A stretch of DNA of 59,177 nucleotides, taken from contig JAOAGZ010000004.1 of NCBI GenBank assembly GCA_026415495.1, positions 1 to 59,177 on the forward strand, written 5' to 3'. The DNA is from Ignavibacteria bacterium (GTDB lineage: Bacteria > Bacteroidota > Ignavibacteria > Kapaibacteriales > UBA2268). This document shows positions 36,770 to 46,848 of the stretch, in pieces (within the stretch, counting starts at the first letter, position 1; every line of letters starts with the position of its first letter). Under the pieces are notes generated by a model, which ran no database searches, was not told the DNA's origin, and was given only the letters and a program-made list of their open reading frames with translations. Made by a program: the position numbers and the translations under genes.

Positions 36770-38425
36770 ATGCAGTGCAATATGAAAAAAACGATTTGCA
36801 CAAGTATTATATACTATTTGATTTTTGTCTTCGCTAACTGTATTTCAACAGCACAAATTGATTATAGCATATATCGTTTGCCAAAAGACGAATTCAGTGA
36901 TTCACTTGCAAAGGAGATGGCTTTTTCTTCTCTTAAATCGGCAACCGGATTATTAGAAAAAGAGATTGAGCCGGACAAGTATATTTTAGGACAAGGCGAT
37001 GAATTAGCAATTTCAATCATTTCTGCAAAACCTAAGCATTTTGAGATAAGTATATCTCCAGAGGGAGCTCTGCTAATTCCCGGTATAGGCAAAGTTGATT
37101 TGAAAGGGAAAACATTAACACAAGCAATTTCATTAATTGAGGAATTAATAAGAAAACGGCTAAATCCAGCGGAAATACATATTTCTTTGCAGAAGATACG
37201 ACAGTTTAAAGTGAGCGTAAGCGGACTGGTTGTGCGGAACGGTATTTATCCTGCGACACCGGCAGATAGAGTGTCTGAAGTGATAGACAAAGCAGGTGGA
37301 TTGCGCCGGGAATCTTCCTGGAGAAATATCATATTACTGAGAAGCAATGGCGAGCAAAAAAATGTAGATTTAATGAAATTTTATTTTCTTGGCGATGAAG
37401 AAGCTAATCCTTATGTGCTTGGAGGAGATAAGATAATTGTACCGGAAATAAATGAAAAAACAATAATTGGATTGTATGGTGATGTTGTCAATAGTGGATT
37501 ATTTGAATATCGTGAGGGGGATAGCTTATCAACATTATTGAAGTTTGGGCTTGGATTTACAGAATCAGCTTTTCTTGACTCTGTAGAATATTATTCTGCT
37601 CAAAGAACAGGCTTTCAAGTGAGTTTTCTAGATTTATCATACTTAAAAAATCAAAAATTAAGCACTGAAAAAATAAAGAATGATTTTCCTTTGAATTCGG
37701 GAGATAGAATTTTTGTAAGGAGCATACCTAAATGGAGGAAATTGCATTATGTTGTAATCAAGGGAGAGGTAAATTTTCCGGGTTACTATGCAATAGAAGA
37801 GAAAAAAGACAGAGTAACTGATTTGATAAAGAGAGCCGGCGGTTTTACAGATGAAGCAGCAGTTGAGTTTGTAGAATACATAAGTCAGTATGAATTAGAA
37901 AAACCTGATTTAGAAATGGAAAGATTAAGCAGAGTGCTACCATCAGAAATGTCGGAAAGCGAATTTAGATACTTTCAATCAAGGAAAACCGAAAGAAAGG
38001 GAGTAATTTCGATAGATTTTCGGAAAATAATGAATAATCCGAATACACCTGACAATTTTTATTTAACGCATAGGGATTCAATTGTAGTTCCATCGATTAA
38101 GAAATTTGTAAATGTTCAAGGACGAGTAGCTAAGCCTGGTTTGATAGCATTTCGTCCGGGTGCAGACTATTTGGATTACATTGAGTTGGCGGGTGGATTT
38201 GGATACAGAGCAGACGAAAGCGAAACAATGATTAATAAACACAGCGGTGGGTTATTTCGTGCAAAGAAACGTGATTACGTTATTGAACCCGGCGATGTAA
38301 TACTCGTGCCACCTGAGAGAGAATTAACGTTTATGGAGGCGTTTACTAAAGGACTGACAATAGCAACGCAAATTCTGACAATTGCCGGGGTTGCACTTGC
38401 ATTTTCAAATATAAATAAGAAATAA
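36770..38425 (+). CDS. Polysaccharide export outer-membrane protein (Wza/KpsD-like, multiple SLBB domains)
   Basis: YILGQGDEL, IPGIGKV.LKGKTL, repeated V.G.V..PG.Y...LI..AGG and GD.I.VP; C-terminal amphipathic helix; start may be 36782. Confidence 0.9.
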   Translation: MQCNMKKTICTSIIYYLIFVFANCISTAQIDYSIYRLPKDEFSDSLAKEMAFSSLKSATGLLEKEIEPDKYILGQGDELAISIISAKPKHFEISISPEGALLIPGIGKVDLKGKTLTQAISLIEELIRKRLNPAEIHISLQKIRQFKVSVSGLVVRNGIYPATPADRVSEVIDKAGGLRRESSWRNIILLRSNGEQKNVDLMKFYFLGDEEANPYVLGGDKIIVPEINEKTIIGLYGDVVNSGLFEYREGDSLSTLLKFGLGFTESAFLDSVEYYSAQRTGFQVSFLDLSYLKNQKLSTEKIKNDFPLNSGDRIFVRSIPKWRKLHYVVIKGEVNFPGYYAIEEKKDRVTDLIKRAGGFTDEAAVEFVEYISQYELEKPDLEMERLSRVLPSEMSESEFRYFQSRKTERKGVISIDFRKIMNNPNTPDNFYLTHRDSIVVPSIKKFVNVQGRVAKPGLIAFRPGADYLDYIELAGGFGYRADESETMINKHSGGLFRAKKRDYVIEPGDVILVPPERELTFMEAFTKGLTIATQILTIAGVALAFSNINKK

Positions 38426-39631
38426 ATGAAAGAGACAGAAACAAAAATAGAAAGTATTGGGATAAGCAAATTTATCGAGATATACAGAAAACACTCGAAA
38501 AGAATTTGGATAATTGTGGCTATTGCTTGTGTGGTTACATTTATTTTTTCGCTAATAATGCCACACACATACAGGACATATACAACGGTTATGCCACCAA
38601 AACAAGGCGAAAACACCGGCTTATCAGGAATTCTGCAAAATTTTGCCGGGGGATTGCCTTCGGGACTCTCAATTCCGGGAAGTTCGAATAATCAATCATT
38701 AGTATTAGCTGATATATTAAGAAGCAGAGCAATAACTGAGCATCTGATAAAAGAGCTTCATCTAAAGAAATATCCACAATACAATGGAATGACACACAAT
38801 GAATTAATTGAGTATTTGCAGGAAAATTTCAAAGTTGATGTAGAAAAAACAGGGCTTATTGTATTCCAAACATCTGCAAAGACGTGTTTTTTCCCATCAT
38901 CGCGGGAAAAGCAAGAAACGAAACAATTAGCAAAGAATCTTGCAGATGAAGCAGTAAAAGGATTAGATATTATCGTTCGCTCGAAGAACACATCGGCAGC
39001 AAAAAAATCAAGGATGTACATAGAGAAAGAATTAGCAAAATATAGAGGAAAGTCTGATTCAATAGACAATATACTTGAGAATTTTCAAAGAACCAACAGG
39101 GTTCTTAAAATTGATGACCAAACACAGGCACTTGTGAAACAAGCAATTGAAGTAGGTTTGCAATTGGCAAAAGCTGAAATGGAGCTTAACGTAGCAAAAA
39201 ATGAACTAAGCAAAGACAATCCATATTTAATACAGCAACAAAATATAGTAAATCAGCTACGTAAGCAATATAATGCAGTGCAAAGTGGTGGACTGACAGG
39301 CTCTGATGGTTTTTCGATCCCTTTTGATAAAATACCAAGTCTTGCAAGAGAATACGCAAATTTATATAGAGATAAAAAAATTGTCGAGCAGATTATTATG
39401 TATCTTGAAACGCAGCGTCATCAGGAAGCTATACAAGAAAATCGTGATGTTCCAACTGTTGAAGTGCTCGATAAAGCCTATATACCGGATTATCAAAGTT
39501 CTCCAAACAAAAAATTAATGGTGTTGCTGTCCTTTGTGCTTTCTTTTATGTTAGCTCTAATGTATTTTACATTAAAAGAGTTCAGGAATTTTTACAAAAA
39601 AGTAGAGAAGGGAAATGAGCCTGATCAATAA
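38426..39631 (+). CDS. Polysaccharide chain-length determinant (Wzz/GNVR-type co-polymerase, no kinase domain)
   Basis: N-terminal TM followed by P..Y...T.VMPP, ILRSR, long coiled coil, VLDKA..P...SSP.K and a C-terminal TM. Confidence 0.85.
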   Translation: MKETETKIESIGISKFIEIYRKHSKRIWIIVAIACVVTFIFSLIMPHTYRTYTTVMPPKQGENTGLSGILQNFAGGLPSGLSIPGSSNNQSLVLADILRSRAITEHLIKELHLKKYPQYNGMTHNELIEYLQENFKVDVEKTGLIVFQTSAKTCFFPSSREKQETKQLAKNLADEAVKGLDIIVRSKNTSAAKKSRMYIEKELAKYRGKSDSIDNILENFQRTNRVLKIDDQTQALVKQAIEVGLQLAKAEMELNVAKNELSKDNPYLIQQQNIVNQLRKQYNAVQSGGLTGSDGFSIPFDKIPSLAREYANLYRDKKIVEQIIMYLETQRHQEAIQENRDVPTVEVLDKAYIPDYQSSPNKKLMVLLSFVLSFMLALMYFTLKEFRNFYKKVEKGNEPDQ

Positions 39632-39911
39632 AATAAAATCTAACAGATGGAAAACATTTGGACTTGTTGTATTATCAGCGATAATAACCATAACATATAT
39701 TGATAATGTATTTAAAGTGAATAGTTTGCTATCGGAGATACAGAATCTTGAGAAGCAGTATGATGAGATTCGGACGTCCAATCAAGTATTAATAACAAAA
39801 ATAATTGAACTTGAAAGCGTTTCGAGAATTACAACGATTGCAGAAGAGAAATTAGGAATGATAAAACCAACGAAAGTGCCTCAAAAAATTAAATTGAAAA
39901 ATGAAGAATAG
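39615..39911 (+). CDS. ftsL: Cell division protein FtsL
   Basis: Single TM, leucine-zipper coiled coil, RI..IAEEKLGM..P; immediately upstream of PBP3. Confidence 0.82.
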   Translation: MSLINKIKSNRWKTFGLVVLSAIITITYIDNVFKVNSLLSEIQNLEKQYDEIRTSNQVLITKIIELESVSRITTIAEEKLGMIKPTKVPQKIKLKNEE

Positions 39912-41982
39912 CGAAGAGAATACATATACAAGAAGAAAGAAGTTCTGGAAGTTCTGGTTATTAATGATTGCAATTAATTTAGGGTTGTTGATTGTAATTG
40001 GTCGGCTATTCCAGCTTCAAGTATTAAAAGCTTCTTATTACAAGGAAAAAGCACGGCGGCAGCACGAAACTAAATTAGATTTAAGTTCGCAGCGAGGCAA
40101 TATATACGATAGGAATGGCAATTTGCTTGCTTCGTCTGTAAAGAGTTACTCAATAGCTGTAGACCCAAATTTATTGCAGAAAAAAGCAGAAATTCTGAAA
40201 ATTATTGAAAAGAATTTGGGAATATCGGCAGAGAGTTTAAATAAAAAGATAGCATCTGCAAAAGGTTCGTTTTTATGGCTTGTAAGAGGCGTTACACCTG
40301 AAAAAGTAAAGGAATTGCTATATATCAAAGATAGAGGACTAATTTTAATAGAAGAACCAAGACGGCAGTATCACTATGGTGCTCTGGCATCACAAATAAT
40401 TGGCTGCACTGATATAGATAACCGCGGGCTAACAGGAATAGAATTAAGCTATGATAGCATTCTTACAGGAAGAAGCGGATATATGATTATGTTTAGAGAT
40501 GGGTTGGGCAGGTTGAGACCATCAGCAGATTTACCAATAATACGACCGACAAACGGATATTCAGTGCAACTTACTTTGGATATTGATTTGCAAAGGATAG
40601 TTGAATTTGAATTGATGCAAGGAATAAAGAACTCGCTTGCTGAATCCGGGACAGTTGTCGCAATAAAACCATCGACAGGTGAGGTGTTGGCAATGGCGAC
40701 CTACCCAAATTTCAACCCGAATGATCCATCTACATACATTAATTCAAATATGCGAAATCGTTCAATCACTGATGTTTACGAACCCGGATCAACATTCAAA
40801 GTAGTTACAGCGGCGGCAGCACTTGAAGAAAACATAACAAAGCTTGAGGATAAATACAACGGATTTCAAGGAGAATTGCATTTTTCGAACTTTGTGATAA
40901 AGGATGTGCATCCACTTGGCATAGCTACATTTAGAGAAGGTTTGGTGCACTCGAGTAACATTATTTTGTCGAGTGTTGCAGCAAAGATACCTGATTTTAA
41001 ATTTTACAAATATATAAGAGATTTTGGCTTTGGTATTCCAACAAGGATAGATTTGCCGGGCGAAGTATCCGGAAAAATACAAAGAGCGGAACAAATGAAT
41101 GTTTCAACCAAAAGATTTATTGGATTTGGATACGGAATTTTGGCGACTCCACTTCAAATGGCAAACGCTTTTGCGACAATTGCAAACGGTGGGATAATGA
41201 TGAAACCCTACGTAATAAATGCAATATATGATGAGAAAGGAAATTTAATTAAGAAAAACAATCCTGAAAAAATCAGACGTGTAGTATCTGAAAATACATC
41301 ACATACTCTGACAAATGTATTAAAAGAAGTAGTAGAGAAAGGAACGGGAGTTGCAGCAAAAATCGAAGGAGTGGAAATTGCGGGGAAAACCGGGACTTCC
41401 CAGCAGCTTGTTGATGGGACATACTCAAAATCGGATTACAACGCATCGTTTGCGGGATATTTCCCTGCTAATAATCCAGAAATTTGTATTCTTGTCTTTT
41501 TAGACAAGCCGAAAACAAGCATATACGGCGGTTCAACTGCTGCACCAATTTTCAAAAATATTGCAATGAGATGGCTTTCTATTAAGAACCACTCGATAAA
41601 AGTCAAAAACATTGAAAATAATGCGAATGACACCGTGTTTGTTCCGAATATTAACGGACTTGAATTTTCGGAAGCAGAAAAAATATTACAAGAATTAGGA
41701 TTGCGTTACTCAACTACAGCAAAAGAAGGAATGGTCAAGCAAGTTTTTCCGGAGCCCGGGAGAAGGATTTTGCGTTCGACTGTAATAAAGATAGAGACTG
41801 AGCAGGAAAAAGCAAACAACGAGAAAATGCCATCAGTAGTTGGATTGCCATTGAGACGAGCAATTACAATATTGCATTCGGCAGGAATAAAGGTGCAGGT
41901 GCGAGGTTCAGGTAAGGTTGTACGACAAGTTTGGGAACGCACAAATAATGAACTTACCTGCACATTATTCGCAAGCCCTTGA
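39901..41982 (+). CDS. ftsI: Class B penicillin-binding protein (PBP3/FtsI) with C-terminal PASTA domains
   Basis: RGNIYDRNG, GLTGIE, EPGSTFK (SxxK), SSN, KTGT; two PASTA-like repeats. Confidence 0.9.
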   Translation: MKNSEENTYTRRKKFWKFWLLMIAINLGLLIVIGRLFQLQVLKASYYKEKARRQHETKLDLSSQRGNIYDRNGNLLASSVKSYSIAVDPNLLQKKAEILKIIEKNLGISAESLNKKIASAKGSFLWLVRGVTPEKVKELLYIKDRGLILIEEPRRQYHYGALASQIIGCTDIDNRGLTGIELSYDSILTGRSGYMIMFRDGLGRLRPSADLPIIRPTNGYSVQLTLDIDLQRIVEFELMQGIKNSLAESGTVVAIKPSTGEVLAMATYPNFNPNDPSTYINSNMRNRSITDVYEPGSTFKVVTAAAALEENITKLEDKYNGFQGELHFSNFVIKDVHPLGIATFREGLVHSSNIILSSVAAKIPDFKFYKYIRDFGFGIPTRIDLPGEVSGKIQRAEQMNVSTKRFIGFGYGILATPLQMANAFATIANGGIMMKPYVINAIYDEKGNLIKKNNPEKIRRVVSENTSHTLTNVLKEVVEKGTGVAAKIEGVEIAGKTGTSQQLVDGTYSKSDYNASFAGYFPANNPEICILVFLDKPKTSIYGGSTAAPIFKNIAMRWLSIKNHSIKVKNIENNANDTVFVPNINGLEFSEAEKILQELGLRYSTTAKEGMVKQVFPEPGRRILRSTVIKIETEQEKANNEKMPSVVGLPLRRAITILHSAGIKVQVRGSGKVVRQVWERTNNELTCTLFASP

Positions 41983-41995
41983 TTTATAAAATTTA

Positions 41996-42487
41996 TCAAG
42001 CAAAAATATCGTTTTTGGCACGAGATTCTTCTGCCATTTTGTTTTTGTACTCAATCATTTTTTCTAAAAGCTTCGGGTCTGCAATAGCAAGCATTTTAAC
42101 AGCAAGCAAGCCAGCATTTTTAGCATTCCCGATGGCAACGGTTGCTACAGGGACACCAGCAGGCATTTGAACAATTGACAATAAAGAATCAAGTCCATTC
42201 AAAGCTTTTGATTGGACAGGAACACCAATGACAGGAAGTGGAGTGTGCGATGCAATCATACCAGGTAAATGAGCAGCACCACCGGCACCAGCAATTATCA
42301 CTTTAATTCCACGGTTGTGGGCACTGCGACCGTATTCAGCCATATCATCAGGGGTCCGGTGAGCCGAGACAATTTTGATTTCGTAAGGAACTCCGAATTC
42401 TTCGCAAATATCGACGGCAGCCTGCATAGTCGGGAGGTCGGAATCGCTTCCCATAACTATACCAATTATTGGTTTAAGTTGTAGCAT
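41996..42487 (-). CDS. purE: N5-carboxyaminoimidazole ribonucleotide mutase
   Basis: [34 protein letters not shown]. Confidence 0.97.
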   Translation of the reverse strand: MLQLKPIIGIVMGSDSDLPTMQAAVDICEEFGVPYEIKIVSAHRTPDDMAEYGRSAHNRGIKVIIAGAGGAAHLPGMIASHTPLPVIGVPVQSKALNGLDSLLSIVQMPAGVPVATVAIGNAKNAGLLAVKMLAIADPKLLEKMIEYKNKMAEESRAKNDIFA

Positions 42488-42502
42488 ATATCACCTCTAT
42501 TA

Positions 42503-43006
42503 TTAAAAATTTGATTCATCACGCCATAAAATGATTTTCCATTCATCGCTTGCGTTTTCCCGTTTCAAATAAAAGATAGCTTTTCCAAATACATTTAAAA
42601 TATCATTTGGTGCAAAAGTGATTGTAAGAGAGAAACTCCGAGAAACATCTAAAAAAAGAGAATCGCCCCGCGTGTAAAGAATTTCGTTCCAGACAAGGTT
42701 TAGGTCCTGAGCTGCTGAAAACAGCCGAGCAGTAGCAATCATATCTTCGCTACGGGTCCAGGTCGGGTCTATATTTTTATCATAATTGCGATAGTTGAAA
42801 GTAAAGTCGGGATGTAAAAGCTTTCCATAAAGAACAGTATCTTTGTATTTATAAGCATAGCTAAAATTTTTGAATACACCTTCTATTGTTCGTTGGTCGC
42901 CGAGTTGGAAGTCGCCTTGTGCATCTTTAAGCAAAGCCGGAGCAAAAGGATTTGTGCAGGAAACTGCAAGAAACAAGAAAAGTAGTATGTAAAATATTTT
43001 ATTCAA
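42503..43006 (-). CDS. Hypothetical lipoprotein (NTF2/SnoaL-like fold suspected)
   Basis: Lipobox AVSC-TNPF; LHPDFTF...W.R.ED and C-terminal WKI..W.D pattern. Confidence 0.7.
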   Translation of the reverse strand: MNKIFYILLFLFLAVSCTNPFAPALLKDAQGDFQLGDQRTIEGVFKNFSYAYKYKDTVLYGKLLHPDFTFNYRNYDKNIDPTWTRSEDMIATARLFSAAQDLNLVWNEILYTRGDSLFLDVSRSFSLTITFAPNDILNVFGKAIFYLKRENASDEWKIILWRDESNF

Positions 43007-43893
43007 TTCAAAAGTAATTTTTTTAAAATAATTTGTTCATTTTTTTTCAAAACTATGAAATATGGTCCATTTAGCAAAAAATTCAGATTAATTACTGTAT
43101 TATTTTGAAATAATTTTGAAGAGTAAACAATTTGACCTAATGAATTATAAATTTCAACAGAAGAAACATCGTTTGAAGTTAAGAATAGTGATTTATCGAC
43201 CAATTGAAATTCAATGTTTTCTATTTGATCATTTATCGAACTGTTCAGGTTGTCGGCAACATAAATATCATCGACTGCAAGCTGAGGGCGAGTGCCCGAT
43301 GAGGCATCATTGGCATAGCAGTATTTCCATCGAAGTTGGATGTAGTTTTTGTTCGCACAATTATCTGGCAACTTGATGGGTCCGAAAATCTTAAAATCGC
43401 CTTTTGTTTGAGAAGAGGAATATATTGAATTGGATACATTAACGAATTTGGATTTATCATCAGTTCGATACTGCAATTGGATAAAATAGTTCCTCTCCCC
43501 TACGTTATAAGTGCGAGCTGTCCAACGAAGATAAACTTCTGAACAATTACGGGTGTCAAGAGCAAGAACAGCAGCCCCAGGATAGCCATCATCATCTTGC
43601 GAGGAAGATGTGGATAAAAAAGAGAAACCGTATTGCCCAAGTCCGTTAATTCTTGCTTTGGATTTCAAGTTGTAAGGAGAAATCCAGTCGCCGGTCATTT
43701 CGTCGTCGATTTTAGGGTCGGATTTTTTGAGAGTATGAAAAATCATAGAAACAGGATAAGTTCGAGCAGGTGCATCTTCTCGCCATTCATTGAAATAGTA
43801 AGATGAGCCACTCAATTCGAAAGGTTGAGGATTGCTTTGGGCAAATGACAAATTAGTTACAAAGCCAAATGCCAGAAAAATAACAAGTATCAT
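43003..43893 (-). CDS. Secreted protein with T9SS type A C-terminal sorting domain
   Basis: Signal peptide ending AQ; jelly-roll-like LRW...AVDDI.V; CTD VEIYNSLGQ.V...L.NG.YFI......KKL. Confidence 0.8.
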   Translation of the reverse strand: MILVIFLAFGFVTNLSFAQSNPQPFELSGSSYYFNEWREDAPARTYPVSMIFHTLKKSDPKIDDEMTGDWISPYNLKSKARINGLGQYGFSFLSTSSSQDDDGYPGAAVLALDTRNCSEVYLRWTARTYNVGERNYFIQLQYRTDDKSKFVNVSNSIYSSSQTKGDFKIFGPIKLPDNCANKNYIQLRWKYCYANDASSGTRPQLAVDDIYVADNLNSSINDQIENIEFQLVDKSLFLTSNDVSSVEIYNSLGQIVYSSKLFQNNTVINLNFLLNGPYFIVLKKNEQIILKKLLLN

Positions 43894-43895
43894 AA

Positions 43896-44219
43896 CTATA
43901 TATTTTGATAGTTCGAAATATATTTTTCGAAATCATTAATAATTTGTTTGAAAATGCTTTCAGGAACTATCATTCGGAGGAAATTCTGACCAATCGAACC
44001 TTTCAGGGTGAAATTACCTTTGACAATAATTTTAAAATAAGGAATATCAAATGTGTTATCTATTTTTATTTTGCCTAATTTGGCAAGATAACCGACAAAT
44101 TTCTGGTCAGTATTGTTGTCAAAATAGATATCGTAGCCGATATTACCATCAGCACAACTTTCGGCATCGGATATTTTAATTATTTTCAAAGCGAATAAGT
44201 ATAAAAAATTTAAACACAA
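43896..44219 (-). CDS. Small hypothetical protein
   Basis: 107-aa ORF ending 2 bp before the next same-strand gene; start uncertain. Confidence 0.5.
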   Translation of the reverse strand: MCLNFLYLFALKIIKISDAESCADGNIGYDIYFDNNTDQKFVGYLAKLGKIKIDNTFDIPYFKIIVKGNFTLKGSIGQNFLRMIVPESIFKQIINDFEKYISNYQNI

Positions 44220-44269
44220 AGAAAAAATAACTTATTTTTGTAAATTAAGCAAGAATAAAAATATTGATT

Positions 44270-44977
44270 ATGAAACCAGAATTATCGGTAATAATACCTG
44301 CATATAATGAAGAGGCAAGATTAGGAAATACACTAAGTCTAATCACACAGTATTTAAGAAACACAAATTTAACTTATGAAATTATTGTTTCGGACGATGG
44401 TTCGCAAGACCAAACAATCGAAGTTGCCAAAAGTTTTGAAGATGTGAAGGTAATAAGTGATGGGAAAAATTATGGGAAAGGGGCGGCAGTCCGGCGAGGA
44501 ATGCTTGCTGCAAATGGAGAGTATAGATTATTTACTGATGCAGATTTATCTACACCTATATATGAAATAGATAAGTTAAAAAAATATCTTAAAGATGGAT
44601 ATGATGTTTGCATAGGGTCAAGAGCAGTTGATTATAGATTAATCAAGAAGCACCAGCCGTTTTACAGAGAATTTATGGGCAAAACATTCAATAAAATTGT
44701 TCAGATGCTTGTAGTAAAAGGAATAAAGGACACACAATGTGGATTTAAGTGTTTTCGTGAAAAAGCAGCAGTGGATATTTTTAATCGAGCACAAATCAAC
44801 GGTTTTTCGTTTGATGTCGAAATATTATTTTTAGCAAAAAAATTGAATTATAAGATAAAAGAAGTGGGAGTAGAGTGGTATAATGACGAAAGAACAACGG
44901 TTAGCCCGATAAAGGATAGTATAAAAATGTTCACAGAAATTCTCAAAATCAGAAGAATTCATTCGGATTTGAAATAA
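44270..44977 (+). CDS. GT2 polyprenyl-phosphate glycosyltransferase (DPG-synthase-like)
   Basis: IIPAYNEE, DDGS.D.T, GKGAAVR.G, FTDADLS, DTQCGFK, FSFDVE; TATTTTTG box at 44233-44240. Confidence 0.9.
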   Translation: MKPELSVIIPAYNEEARLGNTLSLITQYLRNTNLTYEIIVSDDGSQDQTIEVAKSFEDVKVISDGKNYGKGAAVRRGMLAANGEYRLFTDADLSTPIYEIDKLKKYLKDGYDVCIGSRAVDYRLIKKHQPFYREFMGKTFNKIVQMLVVKGIKDTQCGFKCFREKAAVDIFNRAQINGFSFDVEILFLAKKLNYKIKEVGVEWYNDERTTVSPIKDSIKMFTEILKIRRIHSDLK

Positions 44978-46200
44978 TGGATTTATTGAATAAATTCAAA
45001 AAAATTCGTCAAATTTTATTCAGACCAATCAACGAAAATTTATGGAAGCGTAATTTAATCATTCTTGCAATTGCACAGTTTATTGCAATGGTAGGAATGA
45101 ATGGGCTTGTGCCATTTCTTCCGTTATTTGTGCTGGAATTGGGGATAAAAGACCCCGTGCAGGCAAAATTTTGGAGCAGTATGGTATTTGCAGGACCTTA
45201 TTTTTTGTCGATATTCGCGGTTCCTGTGTGGGGAATGCTTGGGGATAGATACGGGCAGAAAAAAATGGTAATTCGGGCAATTTTCGGTTTAGCGTTAGCA
45301 GTATTTCTGATGGGATTTTCGATAAACGTTTATCAATTATTTGCATTAAGGATTTTTCAAGGAGCATCGAGCGGCTTTATTGCTGCAGCACTTGCGTTTG
45401 TAAGTAAGAACACTCCCAAAAATCGCAATGGATATGCAATTGGCATATTGCAAAGTGCATCCTCGGCTGGAATAATAATAGGACCATTTTTCGGAGGAAT
45501 ACTATCCGATGCAAGCGGAGTCAGAAGCGTTTTTATAATTGTAGCTATATTATGCGTTATAAGCGGAATATTAATTATTGGATGCGTAAAAGAACAAAGA
45601 GTGGAAGTAACAAGCACTCAAAGCAAAGTTTTAGATAACTTAAAAACGGTTATCCACAACGGAGAAATGTCGAAAATAATCTTGTTGATTATATTATCGC
45701 AATTGGCGATATTACTATCAAATCCAATTTTTCCATATTATGTAGCAAGACTTGGAGCACCACAAAGCATTCTATCAACAATCACAGGACTATTAGTAGC
45801 AACTGTTGGAATATTCAGTATTATTTTTGCTCCATACTGGGGAAGAAAGAATGATACAACTGCTTATAGCAAGATATTTTCGCCTGCTGTGTTTGTAGCT
45901 GGATTGGCATCATTGCTTCACGTGATTTCTAATCATTATCTCTGGTTATTTCCAATTAGAGCAACAGTGGGTGTATTTTTTGCTGCAATTGCACCAAGTT
46001 TATATTCCGCACTAAGTTATCGCGCTGATGAAAGCAACAAAGGTGGAATAATGGGGATTGCCTCATCAGCAAATTTATTAGGTGCTTTGCTAAGTTATCT
46101 GAGTTGCAGTGTTATTGTTTCGCACCTTGATATGGTGTGGACATTTGTTGCTTCAGGAGTTATCTTAATATCGCTATCAATTTGGGCAAAAGTCAGATAA
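44977..46200 (+). CDS. MFS efflux transporter (MdtG/DHA1-like)
   Basis: WKRNL, PFLPL, WGMLGDRYGQK, RIFQG, GPFFGG; 12 TMs. Confidence 0.9.
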   Translation: MDLLNKFKKIRQILFRPINENLWKRNLIILAIAQFIAMVGMNGLVPFLPLFVLELGIKDPVQAKFWSSMVFAGPYFLSIFAVPVWGMLGDRYGQKKMVIRAIFGLALAVFLMGFSINVYQLFALRIFQGASSGFIAAALAFVSKNTPKNRNGYAIGILQSASSAGIIIGPFFGGILSDASGVRSVFIIVAILCVISGILIIGCVKEQRVEVTSTQSKVLDNLKTVIHNGEMSKIILLIILSQLAILLSNPIFPYYVARLGAPQSILSTITGLLVATVGIFSIIFAPYWGRKNDTTAYSKIFSPAVFVAGLASLLHVISNHYLWLFPIRATVGVFFAAIAPSLYSALSYRADESNKGGIMGIASSANLLGALLSYLSCSVIVSHLDMVWTFVASGVILISLSIWAKVR

Positions 46201-46201
46201 A

Positions 46202-46717
46202 TTATTCTTCAATGCCAGTCCAATCACTCCAAGAGGTAGGCACAATCATATTCTCGTCGTTTCTAAATACAAGGGTTACCTTTACAGTTCTGCTGTCGCC
46301 ACCCCAATGAGTCATTGTAGGTTTTATCCAATAATCACTAAATCCCGGCTGGTCGTTAATAAATATAGTTTGCTTAGATACAGAATCATAAACTCCAATT
46401 CTGCAAACAGCCCAATATTGACGAGGAATATTAATTAAGAAAAAAGTATGTTCGCCGGGTTTAAGAGTTTGGTTTGTTTTAAGCAAGTTATCGCTCCATT
46501 CTCCGGTTGGGTTCAATCCAGATGTAACTAAACCAGCATTTTTATATTGCAAAGAAGTAATAGTATACATCGACTCTTGATTATTGACAAACTTTACATA
46601 AAGCCTGTTTTTGTCGCCAGTAAGATTATCATCGGGATTAGTTGGTTCGTTTTTATCGTCATTGCAGGAAAACGCTAAAAACGAAATTGCAAATAGTAAA
46701 ATGTAAAAAAGTTTCAT
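46202..46717 (-). CDS. Hypothetical lipoprotein
   Basis: Likely start 46717 (MKLFYILLFAISFLAFSC-NDDKNEPT), GAGGA SD. Confidence 0.7.
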   Translation of the reverse strand: MKLFYILLFAISFLAFSCNDDKNEPTNPDDNLTGDKNRLYVKFVNNQESMYTITSLQYKNAGLVTSGLNPTGEWSDNLLKTNQTLKPGEHTFFLINIPRQYWAVCRIGVYDSVSKQTIFINDQPGFSDYWIKPTMTHWGGDSRTVKVTLVFRNDENMIVPTSWSDWTGIEE

Positions 46718-46786
46718 TACAAAATCCTCAATAATTATATTTTGTTTATCGCTCATAAACATAAATTATTGTAAAATCGATAAAAT

Positions 46787-46820
46787 AAAAAAAAGTGTTT
46801 ACCTGCGAAGCGGTAAACAC
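46787..46820 (-). terminator. Intrinsic terminator after HMG-CoA lyase
   Basis: GTGTTTACC / GGTAAACAC stem plus long T-tail on the minus strand. Confidence 0.75.
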
Positions 46821-46848
46821 ATCGGTTTTGGGATATAAAATTAGTTGA

